A stretch of 61,359 nucleotides of DNA, filler included. It is 3 parts of 3 records of this genome, joined end to end, with 100 filler letters (N's around TTAATTAATTAA, not from the genome) between each part and the next. Parts side by side here need not be neighbours in the genome. Positions count along the whole stretch, not along the records: positions 30,124 to 51,479 come from SRR20825019_1016; 2 more parts are not named here. One strand, 5' to 3'. The notes under the pieces were generated by a model. It saw only the letters and a program-made list of their open reading frames with translations. It was not told where the DNA came from and searched no databases. Position numbers and translations under genes: made by a program. Positions 30,205 through 39,271 of the stretch are shown piece after piece. Numbering within the stretch: the stretch's first letter is position 1; every line of letters begins with the position of its first letter.

Positions 30205-31374
30205 TCAAAGCCAGTCGTTCAACATAATCCCGATGCCAATCCGCTGAATCCGCTCATTGTAGTCAATCAGACTCTCACCATAGCCATTGTAATAATGGAC
30301 ATACCCCTTGATCGTATCGCCCATCGGAAAGCTATAACCCAACTCAATCGACGTCTTGTTGTCTGACCGCAAGTTGTTCATCAGCTTCATCGACAGCGTC
30401 CGATCCTCACTCCACTTGTAGATCGCCATGTAGTTCGCATAGCCCAGATAGCGCTCAATATCCTCATTGTCGTCCTCGCTGTCATCCTCTGGCAGTCGAT
30501 ACCAGGGCTGAAGGATGAACAGCCAGCGATCATAGCTGTAGGCTGCCGACCCCACGATCCGGTTCCAACTGCGGGAACGGGGTTCCGACTGGCCATTGGA
30601 CTCATGATTAAAGCCCAGCGTGACACCATTCAGCCTGCCAGGGCCCAGGTCATAATTCGTCTCATAGCGTACAAAGACTTCCGGCTCATAATTGGTTTCC
30701 CGGAATGGCGCTGAGTCATCCGTGTTATACACCTGCCAAAACGATTTCTGGGTGTAGCCGAACCAGAGCGTCGTGCGGTCATCCAGCCAGCCAGTCAACA
30801 AGGGTACCTTGAAACTGATCTGGTACTTGGCTTCCTGGTTGTCGATGCCATAGTCGTAATCGGTTGCGCCCAGTCTCGGATTTGTGGGTTCACGATTGGC
30901 ATTCTTCATATAGCTGAACGGCAGGATATACATCGGCCGATGGCCAACAAAACTGCCGGAAAACGAGAAAATAGCCTTCTCTGCGGCGACATAACGGTTC
31001 AGGATCGCCGACATCACGCCGGTATCTTCTCCGTCCTCTCCGGTCGTGCTTTCTTCCGCGGGCCCCAGTGTTGCATCGCCGTTTTCCGCATTCGCTGCCT
31101 CTTCGTACTGCAGCGCCTCCGTCGACTTGTCGATGGCGTCCAGGCTCTCATCAGAGGCACCATTGCGAGCGCTGGCCGGGTCATTGATGGCGTCGTAACA
31201 TGCGAGACGCTGAACGCCATCCTTGATCAGGGCACAGTCTTCCGGCTTCACTCCCTCAAAATTCCGGTTCCCGGGGGGCTCGTCCTGCGCGGTGGCCGTT
31301 CCGGGAAGGAACAGGTTCAGAGACAATAGCAAGCCAGTAAACCTCAAAAGTTCAGGGCGGCGAACGATGGGCAT
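30205..31374 (-). CDS. pldA: Outer membrane phospholipase A with N-terminal extension
   Basis: KYQISFK, YTQKSFWQVYN, PFRETNYEPE, catalytic HESNG, SRSWNR, GYGESLIDYN, C-terminal DWL; start set at MPIVRR. Confidence 0.93.
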   Translation of the reverse strand: MPIVRRPELLRFTGLLLSLNLFLPGTATAQDEPPGNRNFEGVKPEDCALIKDGVQRLACYDAINDPASARNGASDESLDAIDKSTEALQYEEAANAENGDATLGPAEESTTGEDGEDTGVMSAILNRYVAAEKAIFSFSGSFVGHRPMYILPFSYMKNANREPTNPRLGATDYDYGIDNQEAKYQISFKVPLLTGWLDDRTTLWFGYTQKSFWQVYNTDDSAPFRETNYEPEVFVRYETNYDLGPGRLNGVTLGFNHESNGQSEPRSRSWNRIVGSAAYSYDRWLFILQPWYRLPEDDSEDDNEDIERYLGYANYMAIYKWSEDRTLSMKLMNNLRSDNKTSIELGYSFPMGDTIKGYVHYYNGYGESLIDYNERIQRIGIGIMLNDWL

Positions 31375-31384
31375 GGTCCAGTCC

Positions 31385-31717
31385 TTATGCGTTGGAAACA
31401 CTGATCCAGGTGTTGGCGACGCCGTAAGCCCATACTCCGAGCAGCGTCATCACCAGCAGGGAAAATACGATTTTATGCCGGGGTTTGCGTTCAGCAGCTG
31501 CTGCAACCACCCAGCGCAGGTACATCAGCCCGATAAAACTGATGAATACCGCAAGACTTGCGGCGGCGGGAATCAATAACCACACAGGGCTCAGTGCGGC
31601 ACCCTCTGCCGCGCGGCTGGAAAACCAGCCCATGGACGCCAGCAGTATGGCTACCGCGGTAAACTCGGTGATCAGTAATGGCTTTCGCCAGGGGTGTGGC
31701 TGGTTGGTATCAGGCAT
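31385..31717 (-). CDS. Hypothetical three-TM membrane protein
   Basis: Three hydrophobic helices; directly upstream of and co-oriented with pldA. Confidence 0.7.
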   Translation of the reverse strand: MPDTNQPHPWRKPLLITEFTAVAILLASMGWFSSRAAEGAALSPVWLLIPAAASLAVFISFIGLMYLRWVVAAAAERKPRHKIVFSLLVMTLLGVWAYGVANTWISVSNA

Positions 31718-31909
31718 ACATTCGAACCTTCGGTATCTGTTTGGTGCATGGTACCCGGAAAGTGCTTCCGGAGCCCTCTGACTTACGAAATGGCAACGAA
31801 AATTGATTGAAATCTGGGGTTCATTTTGCAGTTTGGTTTTTTTGGCCTGCCGCAGTCGCTATAATGCGTGCACTAACGATTATAACGCCCAATTGTGAGG
31901 TGCATTGTG

Positions 31910-32326
31910 ATGATGAAGAGAGTCCTGGCTGCCGTATTGCTTGGTTTCGGCCTGACCGCAGGTGCCGTAATGGCCAATGTTGAAGATGAAATTCGTGCTC
32001 GCATTGCCCCGGTTGGTGAGGTGTGCGTCCAGGGTGAAGACTGTGGGCAGGCAGCTGCTCCATCTGCAAGCGCAAGCTCGGGCCCTCGTTCTGGAAGTGA
32101 CGTTTACGATGCAGCCTGTACCGCTTGCCACAGCACTGGCGCGGCAGGCGCTCCCAAGAAGGGCGACACAGCCGCATGGTCACCCCGTATTGAAAAAGGA
32201 CTGGACACATTGGTCAATCACGCAATCAACGGCTTCAATGCCATGCCGGCCAAGGGCGGTTGTTCCGGGTGCTCTGATGAGGAAATCGAGAGCGCCGTCG
32301 AGCACATGGTTGAGGCCAGCCAGTAG
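31910..32326 (+). CDS. Cytochrome c5
   Basis: Signal peptide, RIAPVG, CTACH heme motif, GAP, MPAKGGC; GAGG RBS at 31897. Confidence 0.95.
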   Translation: MMKRVLAAVLLGFGLTAGAVMANVEDEIRARIAPVGEVCVQGEDCGQAAAPSASASSGPRSGSDVYDAACTACHSTGAAGAPKKGDTAAWSPRIEKGLDTLVNHAINGFNAMPAKGGCSGCSDEEIESAVEHMVEASQ

Positions 32327-32353
32327 CAACTGTATTCCGGCCCACGGTAGATC

Positions 32354-32383
32354 AAAAAGCCCCCGATATTACGGGGGCTTTTT
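32354..32383. terminator. Bidirectional intrinsic terminator
   Basis: AAAAAGCCCCCG…CGGGGGCTTTTT. Confidence 0.88.
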
Positions 32384-32407
32384 ATTGGTTAGCGGAATGT
32401 TCACCCG

Positions 32408-32938
32408 TTAGTGAATGGGCATATAGGTCAGTTGCCCTTCGATTCGCTCAGTGCCGTTTTTGGGCGTTGTCACTGCAATTGACCAGGTTTTTGGCCCATC
32501 TGCGCTGTTGCTGTCATGCAGAACATTGAGCCGGGAGTCCAGCCAGCCAAAAGCGCCGGATTGAGACATTGTCACCCAGGACGTCTGGCTCGTTTCCGCC
32601 GACTGGTTTGGTAGCGCTTTCCAGCTGGGGCTCTCCGTATTAACGGTGACTTCGGTTCGGGTAAATCGTATAAACGCCTCCCCGTCCGTGCCCAATACGG
32701 TCAGAGGTTCTTCACCTTGATATCGAAGCAATATGCCCGGGCGCGGTGCATCCAGAATGATTGCACTGAGTCCGGGAATGTCGGGTTGATGGGCTATTCG
32801 AGCCTTTACGATGCCGTCCGGAACGTCCTCTGTCTCCAGTGCACCGTGGGCCCCTGCCAGCCCGGAGGCTGACAGGGACACCAGGCCGAACAACACCGGG
32901 GCCGCCAGGCGAGCCCCGATCTGTTCGATGTGTTTCAT
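32408..32938 (-). CDS. Secreted hypothetical protein whose mature chain probably starts with His
   Basis: AGGA RBS; signal peptide ending LAGA|HGALE; tightly linked to the oxidase gene. Confidence 0.75.
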   Translation of the reverse strand: MKHIEQIGARLAAPVLFGLVSLSASGLAGAHGALETEDVPDGIVKARIAHQPDIPGLSAIILDAPRPGILLRYQGEEPLTVLGTDGEAFIRFTRTEVTVNTESPSWKALPNQSAETSQTSWVTMSQSGAFGWLDSRLNVLHDSNSADGPKTWSIAVTTPKNGTERIEGQLTYMPIH

Positions 32939-32955
32939 AACAATCCTCCTGACGG

Positions 32956-35220
32956 TCACAGCAGCTCGAGGGTTGACTCAATGATGCCACCGCTGGTGGT
33001 GGTATCGCTGGCCACCTGCGTGGGCGCCATGCAGGCGAGATTCTCATTCACCACGGTGATCGGCGCGGACACCGAGGGTACGCGGCCATCTGGGGTGTCC
33101 TTGCTGACGAACAGCATGTATTCGCCGGCGGGCACCACGTTGTGGTTGTCGGGCATGGTCAGAGTCAGCTTGTTGCCAGGGCCCCGCTCCATGACCAGTT
33201 CAATGGCACGCTGGTCACCGTCAATGACGTGGGTCATGACTGTACGGCGAATCAGCAGGGCCTTGTCGATCTGATCCACCTGGTCGACCTTGATGTTGAA
33301 TCGGTCGCCAATGGTCAGATTGCTGGGTGCACTTTTAATTTTGGGGCGGTCGTCCCGCATGGCGTAGGGCGGAGTGTAGATTTCGAAACTCGGATCGCGG
33401 CCGTCATAGGGTGCGAGTCCGAAATCCTGAAGATCCACGAATGTCAGGTAAGCGGTGTTGATTGGTGAGTGGCCGGCAACCATAACGCGGCCGTCCTCCA
33501 TCAGTACCGCAGTGTTGTGGTAGGTGCGGGCGCGGTGGCCGGTAGCCATTTCCGTCCATTCTCCGGTTTCCGGGTTGAACTGCTCGGCGGTGCGGATCGG
33601 GCCTTCCAGGCCGGGCGCTACCACACCGTCACGATTGCCGCCGCTGAACACCATCACGGTGCCGTCGGGCATCACAACGTTTGTGCCGTACCAGCGAGGC
33701 TGATTCAGTGGGCCGGCCAAACGCGACTCGTAGCCGATTTCGTCGCCGTTGGTGGTGACAGTATCGATGCGGGTCTGGTCGGTGGGCAGGTAGCCGCCGG
33801 GGTTCGTCAGTACTGCATAACTGGGTACGCCGCCCGCGGTCAGCAGTTCCACTTCATTGTAGTTACCGCTGGCGTCTGGTTTCAGCGGCAACATGGTGGA
33901 CGACGTGGAGCCCCGCATACCACCGGCGATCGCCATGCGCAGATCTTCTTCAGATACCCCAAGATCGGCTGCGCTGGTCAGCAAATCCGTGGGCGAGTCG
34001 AGAACATCGCCAAGCAGTGAGCCGACCTGATCAAGCGACAGGTTGGTGATGTTCAGGGTGCTGCTCAACTGACCCAGCCCGGCTTCATCCAGCCTTAGTG
34101 GGAGGCCGGCATAGCCAATGTCGTTCCAGCGCTGGGTATCTGGGTTGAAACTGGCGACAATGTTCCACAATGCCTGGTCGTAACCCTGGCCGAATGGGTT
34201 GAAGGCCTGGCCACCAGCGTTGTAGAAGATGTGTCCATTCGGCAGCAGATGCATGCGTGGATAGAGCGGTAAGGAGCGATCAGCGGTGGACGGATTCTGC
34301 GTCCAAGCGCCGGCGCAGGGGTCGTAGGTCTCCGTTTGCACCACGTTGCGTCCGCTGTTCAGTGGCTCATCCGGGTACACTGGCTTCAGCAGCTTGGTGA
34401 CACCACTGGCGACGAAGACGTTGCCGTTGCCCATGGTTACGAGTGATGGATACCAGCGCCCGTAGGTCATATCGCCACTTTGGCGCCAGGTGTTGGTCTC
34501 CTCGTCGAATATTCTCGAATTCTTGATACCTTCCAGTTCCGCCACCCCAAGAGGCAGGCCATCAATGCCTGGCTCGGAATAGTAGTCGGTGCCGCCAACG
34601 GCCATCACATCACCGTTGGCCAGGCCGATGACGTCGGAGCAGAACAGGGCGCCGTCGTTGGCGCTGGTGTTGTCGGCGGTATCGAGCAGGCCATCCAGCT
34701 CGGTGCCATTCAGCAGTGTTTCACTGTCGTTGCCATCCGGGTTGGCGCCGGCGTCCAGGGGAGAGGGTTTGATCCAGGATGGATTGTCGTTTTCATCCAG
34801 CGACAGAACGCGGGTCTGATCGTTGACGGACACTTCGCCAAATTCCGCAACAATGGATAACTCAACGTTCTCAGTGCCTTCCAGGGCGTTCAGGTAAAGC
34901 AGGCGACCGTCTTTGAGAAGTGCCATGGTGCCGGCCGCGGGTTTGCACTCATCCATGCCATCAGCCCGGGTAATGCATTTTTCGTCCGTTTCGACAGCTT
35001 CACCATCCACAATAATGGTGGGTTCCGCAAAGGGCTCACTGAACGTGCCCTTGCTGTTGTAACTGTCAGGAGCTGCCGGTTCCTCAGTCTGGGTCGTTGA
35101 GTCCTCGGATGAGCCGCCCAGCAGGCTGCCGAGAAGGCCCGCGTTGGCTGTGCCTGATCCTGCGATGAGCAGAATCAGCGAACCGGTGACGCTTGATAAT
35201 CGATTGAATCGACGGGACAT
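32956..35220 (-). CDS. Secreted copper radical oxidase (galactose/glyoxal oxidase, AA5-like, C-terminal DUF1929)
   Basis: LFCSD (Cys), RWYP (cross-linked Tyr), LYPRMHLLPNG, RTYHNTA (Tyr-His), EIYTPPY, MTHVID…QR (His); signal peptide. Confidence 0.92.
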   Translation of the reverse strand: MSRRFNRLSSVTGSLILLIAGSGTANAGLLGSLLGGSSEDSTTQTEEPAAPDSYNSKGTFSEPFAEPTIIVDGEAVETDEKCITRADGMDECKPAAGTMALLKDGRLLYLNALEGTENVELSIVAEFGEVSVNDQTRVLSLDENDNPSWIKPSPLDAGANPDGNDSETLLNGTELDGLLDTADNTSANDGALFCSDVIGLANGDVMAVGGTDYYSEPGIDGLPLGVAELEGIKNSRIFDEETNTWRQSGDMTYGRWYPSLVTMGNGNVFVASGVTKLLKPVYPDEPLNSGRNVVQTETYDPCAGAWTQNPSTADRSLPLYPRMHLLPNGHIFYNAGGQAFNPFGQGYDQALWNIVASFNPDTQRWNDIGYAGLPLRLDEAGLGQLSSTLNITNLSLDQVGSLLGDVLDSPTDLLTSAADLGVSEEDLRMAIAGGMRGSTSSTMLPLKPDASGNYNEVELLTAGGVPSYAVLTNPGGYLPTDQTRIDTVTTNGDEIGYESRLAGPLNQPRWYGTNVVMPDGTVMVFSGGNRDGVVAPGLEGPIRTAEQFNPETGEWTEMATGHRARTYHNTAVLMEDGRVMVAGHSPINTAYLTFVDLQDFGLAPYDGRDPSFEIYTPPYAMRDDRPKIKSAPSNLTIGDRFNIKVDQVDQIDKALLIRRTVMTHVIDGDQRAIELVMERGPGNKLTLTMPDNHNVVPAGEYMLFVSKDTPDGRVPSVSAPITVVNENLACMAPTQVASDTTTSGGIIESTLELL

Positions 35221-35273
35221 GGTGTTCTCCTGATCTTGTTTTTGTGTTTGCCGGAAGCAAAGCTCCCTAGGCT

Positions 35274-35302
35274 GTTACGGATCAGGAGGTCATAAGGTTG
35301 CA
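35274..35302 (-). promoter_or_regulatory. Possible ECF-sigma promoter for the oxidase operon
   Basis: Minus strand TGCAAC-N17-CGTAAC fits the ECF AAC…CGT pattern. Confidence 0.4.
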
Positions 35303-35325
35303 GGGATTGTGAAAAAACGTGAAAT

Positions 35326-37344
35326 TCAGCTTCCGAGGTCGCCGAGTAATGCACTGAGGGTGGCCTTACCTTTTTGCTGGTTGGCTTCCACGTCCAGGTC
35401 GCCGGTGCCTTCCCATCTCAGGTCGTCCTCGGGCAGCTCATCAAGAAACCGGCTTGGAATAGTTTCCAGCTTTTCGCCGTACTGTTTTCGCTGGGCGGCA
35501 AACGTAAGGGTCAGGGTTTCCCGGGCTCGGGTGATACCCACGTACATCAGTCGCCGTTCTTCCTCGACATTGCCTTCCTCAATGCTGGAGCGGTGGGGCA
35601 GTATTTCCTCTTCCAGACCCATGATGAACACGTGGGGGAATTCCAGGCCTTTTGAGGCGTGGAGGGTCAGTAGCTGGACCTTGTCGCTGTCGTCCTCTTC
35701 TTCGCGCTGCTCCATCATGTCGCGCAGGATTAGCCGGCTGATGGCGTCTTCAATGCCCATTTCGTCGGCCGTACCCTTGCCGTCGTCCAGCATGCGCTGG
35801 ATGGACTCCACCAGATACCAGATGTTCTCCATTCGCCGTTCCGCCTGTTTTGGCGAGCCGGAATGCAGGTGCAGCCATTCCTCGTATTCGATATCGGTGA
35901 ACAACTGCTTGATCACCGGAATCGGATCTTCGCTGTGCAGGCGCTCGCAGGTGTTGTCCACCCAGTGAGCGAAGCGCCGCAGACGGTCCAGCCCCTTCTC
36001 GGTAACGTGGGTTTCGGCACCCATATCGCCCAGGGCACGAAACAGGCTGACGTTGCGGGAGCGGGCGTAATGGCTGAGCTGTTCCAGCGTGCGGGGGCCG
36101 ATCTCCCGGCGGGGCACGTTCACGACGCGCAGGAATGCCGCGTCGTCATCCGGGTTCACCAACAGACGCAGATAGGACATGGCGTCCTTGATCTCGTTCT
36201 TGGAGAAAAACGACTGGCCACCGGAGATGTGATAGGGGATCTGGTAAGCCTGCAGTTTCATTTCCAGCAGCCGTGCCTGGTGGTTGCCCCGATAGAGAAC
36301 GGCGAAGTCCCGGAAAGCCAGGCCTTTCTTGAGTTTCTGGTCGAGAATTTCCGTGGCCACCCGTTCGGCTTCCGCGTCTTCGCTGCGGCAGCGGACGATT
36401 CTTAGCTCGTCCCCGACCGTATGATCACTCCACAGGGCTTTCTCGAACACGTGGGGATTATTGGCAATGACCGTGTTGGCACAACGAAGGATGCGAACCG
36501 TGGAACGGTAGTTCTGCTCCAGCTTGACGATTTTGAGGCTTGGGAAGTCTTCCTTGAGCTGAGCAAGGTTTTCAGGTCGGGCGCCGCGCCAGGCGTAGAT
36601 CGACTGGTCGTCATCACCAACGACGGTAAAGGCGGCCCGTTCTGCCACCAACAGCTTGACCAGTTCGTACTGGCACAGGTTGGTGTCCTGGTATTCGTCC
36701 ACCAGCATGTAGCGGATTTTTCGCCGCCATTTCTGCAACACCTCGGGGTTGTCGCGGAACAGCTGTACCGGCAGCAGGATCAGATCATCGAAATCCACCG
36801 CGTTATAGGCCTTCAGGTATTCGTTGTAGTGGCGGTAAATGATGGCAATACGCTGCTCCCGCTCATCAGCGGCCCGGCTCCAGGCGTCCTGGGGGCTGCG
36901 CATGGCATTCTTCCAGGACGAGATGGTCATCTGCACGTCAGACAGTTCATCGCCGGCATCCGCGCTGGCCTCGCGCATCATCAGGTCCTGCAGCAGGGCC
37001 TTGGCGTCTTCCGCATCGAAGATCGAAAAACCGGGGTGATAGCCCAGGTGCTCGTGCTCCTCGCGGATCATGTTCAGCCCGAGGTTATGGAAGGTGGAAA
37101 CAATCAATCCCCGGGTCAGTTTGCGATCCACCAGGCGTCCGACACGTTCTTTCATTTCGCGCGCGGCCTTGTTGGTGAAGGTCACGGCGGCGATATGACG
37201 CCCTGGAATGCCAAGGTGTTCGATCAGATAAGCCACTTTGCGGGTGATCACGCTGGTCTTACCGCTGCCGGCACCAGCCAGTACCAGCATAGGACCCTCC
37301 GCGTAGCGGACGGCTTCACTCTGTCGGGGGTTGAGCTTGTTCAC
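35326..37344 (-). CDS. rep: ATP-dependent DNA helicase Rep
   Basis: AGAGSGKT, VDEYQDTN, VGDDDQSIY, LEQNYRS, TLHASKGLEF, EERRLMYVGITRA. Confidence 0.96.
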   Translation of the reverse strand: MNKLNPRQSEAVRYAEGPMLVLAGAGSGKTSVITRKVAYLIEHLGIPGRHIAAVTFTNKAAREMKERVGRLVDRKLTRGLIVSTFHNLGLNMIREEHEHLGYHPGFSIFDAEDAKALLQDLMMREASADAGDELSDVQMTISSWKNAMRSPQDAWSRAADEREQRIAIIYRHYNEYLKAYNAVDFDDLILLPVQLFRDNPEVLQKWRRKIRYMLVDEYQDTNLCQYELVKLLVAERAAFTVVGDDDQSIYAWRGARPENLAQLKEDFPSLKIVKLEQNYRSTVRILRCANTVIANNPHVFEKALWSDHTVGDELRIVRCRSEDAEAERVATEILDQKLKKGLAFRDFAVLYRGNHQARLLEMKLQAYQIPYHISGGQSFFSKNEIKDAMSYLRLLVNPDDDAAFLRVVNVPRREIGPRTLEQLSHYARSRNVSLFRALGDMGAETHVTEKGLDRLRRFAHWVDNTCERLHSEDPIPVIKQLFTDIEYEEWLHLHSGSPKQAERRMENIWYLVESIQRMLDDGKGTADEMGIEDAISRLILRDMMEQREEEDDSDKVQLLTLHASKGLEFPHVFIMGLEEEILPHRSSIEEGNVEEERRLMYVGITRARETLTLTFAAQRKQYGEKLETIPSRFLDELPEDDLRWEGTGDLDVEANQQKGKATLSALLGDLGS

Positions 37345-37487
37345 AATAATTGCGCCAATCCGGGAAATTCCGAGATAACCTGGGAAGCAAACATTCTACA
37401 CTAGGCAGACATGCTGTACCTTGACGATCTATCAGCTATTCTTGAGGGAACGGAGATGTTTGATCACGAGGAACGGGACGCTTCTTA

Positions 37488-39224
37488 ATGACCCTGGCAG
37501 TAAAACAACCCAATCCCAGCCATGTACGGCTGCTGGTGCTGACGCCGGAGTATGCGGATTTTCTCTGGCTGGGTGCGCTCCTGTCACGTGATTGTGAAAT
37601 GGAACCGGACCTGACCTGGTGCCCGGATCTTATCGACTGCGATGATCTGATTCGCAATACCCATTTTGACGTTATCCTCTGGGACTGTGTGTTTCATGGC
37701 GGTTCCGAAGACGCTTTCCTGCAGTACCTGTCCGTGTCCAGCAATGAGAAACCGGTGTTGGCACTGAGTGCCGAGCCAGCCTCCGAGCGTGCTGTTGACC
37801 TGCTTGCCAATGGCGCTTCGGACTACCTGAGTCGCCAGTCATTGGAAGAGTGGGGGCTGCGCCGCGCGGTACGCTGTCTTTGGTATCGGCAGCAGCTTTC
37901 GGAGTCCGCTCACGGCCAGTTGGGCCGGGAAGTGGCCAGTGGTTTTATCAACCGTGACCTGTTCTTCGATCGCCTGCAACAGGCATTGCTGAGGGCCGAG
38001 CGTGCCAGCCAGCGGCTGGCGTTGTTGCACATCAACCTGGATGATTTCCGCAGCTTCAATGAATCCTTCGGTTACCAGAAGAGTGACCAGATCATGCTGA
38101 AGCTGGCGGAACGGCTGCGACAGAATCTGCGGCGAGTGGATTCGCTGATGCGTATTGGCGGCGACGAGTTTGCGATCATTGTCGAGAAAGTGGAAGACTC
38201 CCTGGATATTACCCAGATCATCCGCAAGCTCGTGACTGCGATGGGTGAACCATTCAGCCTTGACGGCCAGAATGTCGTCGTCAGCGCCAGCCTCGGTGTG
38301 GCCACCTACCCGGAAGCGGGTGACAGCCCGGAAAACCTTCTGCGACGTGCCAACCGAGCCATGTTTGAAGCCAAGCGCGACCCAGGTACCAGTTACCGGT
38401 TTTACGATCGTCAGTTGCACATAACGGCCGGATACCAACTGCGCCTGGAGGCGGATCTCCGTAACGCTCTGCGGGGCAATGAGCTGGAAGTGTATTATCA
38501 GCCGCGTATCGACCTCGCGTCGGAGGAAGTTCGGGGGGTGGAGTGCCTGCTCCGGTGGAATCATCCGGAAAGGGGGTTGGTGGGGCCGGACGAATTCATT
38601 CCAGTGGCTGAGCGCAGCGGGTTGATCGTTCCTATCGGCTACTGGGTGATTGAACAGGCCTGCAAGCGTCTGCAGGAGTGTTCAGACCTCGGGCACCCGG
38701 GGCTGGTGTTTGCCGTGAACCTTTCGTTCCGTCAGTTCCATGATCGCAAGATGACCGAAACCATTTTCCGCATTATCTTCAATGCCAATATCGACACCAG
38801 TCTGTTGGAGTTGGAGCTTACGGAAAGCGCCATGATGCATGACCCGGAATATGCCCAGCGATGTCTGCGGGAGCTCAATCAACTGGGTATCAGTTTTGCC
38901 CTGGATGACTTCGGAACCGGGTTCTCCTCACTCAGCAATCTTCAGCACCTGCCTATATCCCTCGTGAAAATCGACAAGTCTTTCGTTCAGGAGTTGGGGC
39001 AGTCTGCCGACGCCGAGCATATCATCCGTGCCATTATCAGCCTGGCTCACAGCCTGCAAATCAGCGTGGTGGCGGAAGGGGTGGAGACGGAAGGACAACT
39101 GGAGTTCCTGCGCCAGCAACACTGTGATGAAATTCAGGGTTACTACTACGCGCGCCCCATGCCATGGGCAGATCTTGTGCAATTCCTGGACAACCGTAGC
39201 CGCGCTGCTTGCCTGCAGCAATAA
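37488..39224 (+). CDS. REC-like/GGDEF/EAL c-di-GMP signalling protein
   Basis: RxxD I-site (RRVD) before GGDEF; EAL variant ECL, ELTES, DDFGTG, AEGVE, QGY. Confidence 0.93.
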   Translation: MTLAVKQPNPSHVRLLVLTPEYADFLWLGALLSRDCEMEPDLTWCPDLIDCDDLIRNTHFDVILWDCVFHGGSEDAFLQYLSVSSNEKPVLALSAEPASERAVDLLANGASDYLSRQSLEEWGLRRAVRCLWYRQQLSESAHGQLGREVASGFINRDLFFDRLQQALLRAERASQRLALLHINLDDFRSFNESFGYQKSDQIMLKLAERLRQNLRRVDSLMRIGGDEFAIIVEKVEDSLDITQIIRKLVTAMGEPFSLDGQNVVVSASLGVATYPEAGDSPENLLRRANRAMFEAKRDPGTSYRFYDRQLHITAGYQLRLEADLRNALRGNELEVYYQPRIDLASEEVRGVECLLRWNHPERGLVGPDEFIPVAERSGLIVPIGYWVIEQACKRLQECSDLGHPGLVFAVNLSFRQFHDRKMTETIFRIIFNANIDTSLLELELTESAMMHDPEYAQRCLRELNQLGISFALDDFGTGFSSLSNLQHLPISLVKIDKSFVQELGQSADAEHIIRAIISLAHSLQISVVAEGVETEGQLEFLRQQHCDEIQGYYYARPMPWADLVQFLDNRSRAACLQQ

Positions 39225-39271
39225 GCCGCTGTACCTTTGCGCTTTGACTCGTAAGCATCAGATGAGGTTGC

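Noticed and set aside
31185-31240. C-x8-RLACYD motif at the PldA N-terminus as a novel fusion
   Set aside because: I recognise similar extensions in other proteobacterial PldA proteins; not unusual
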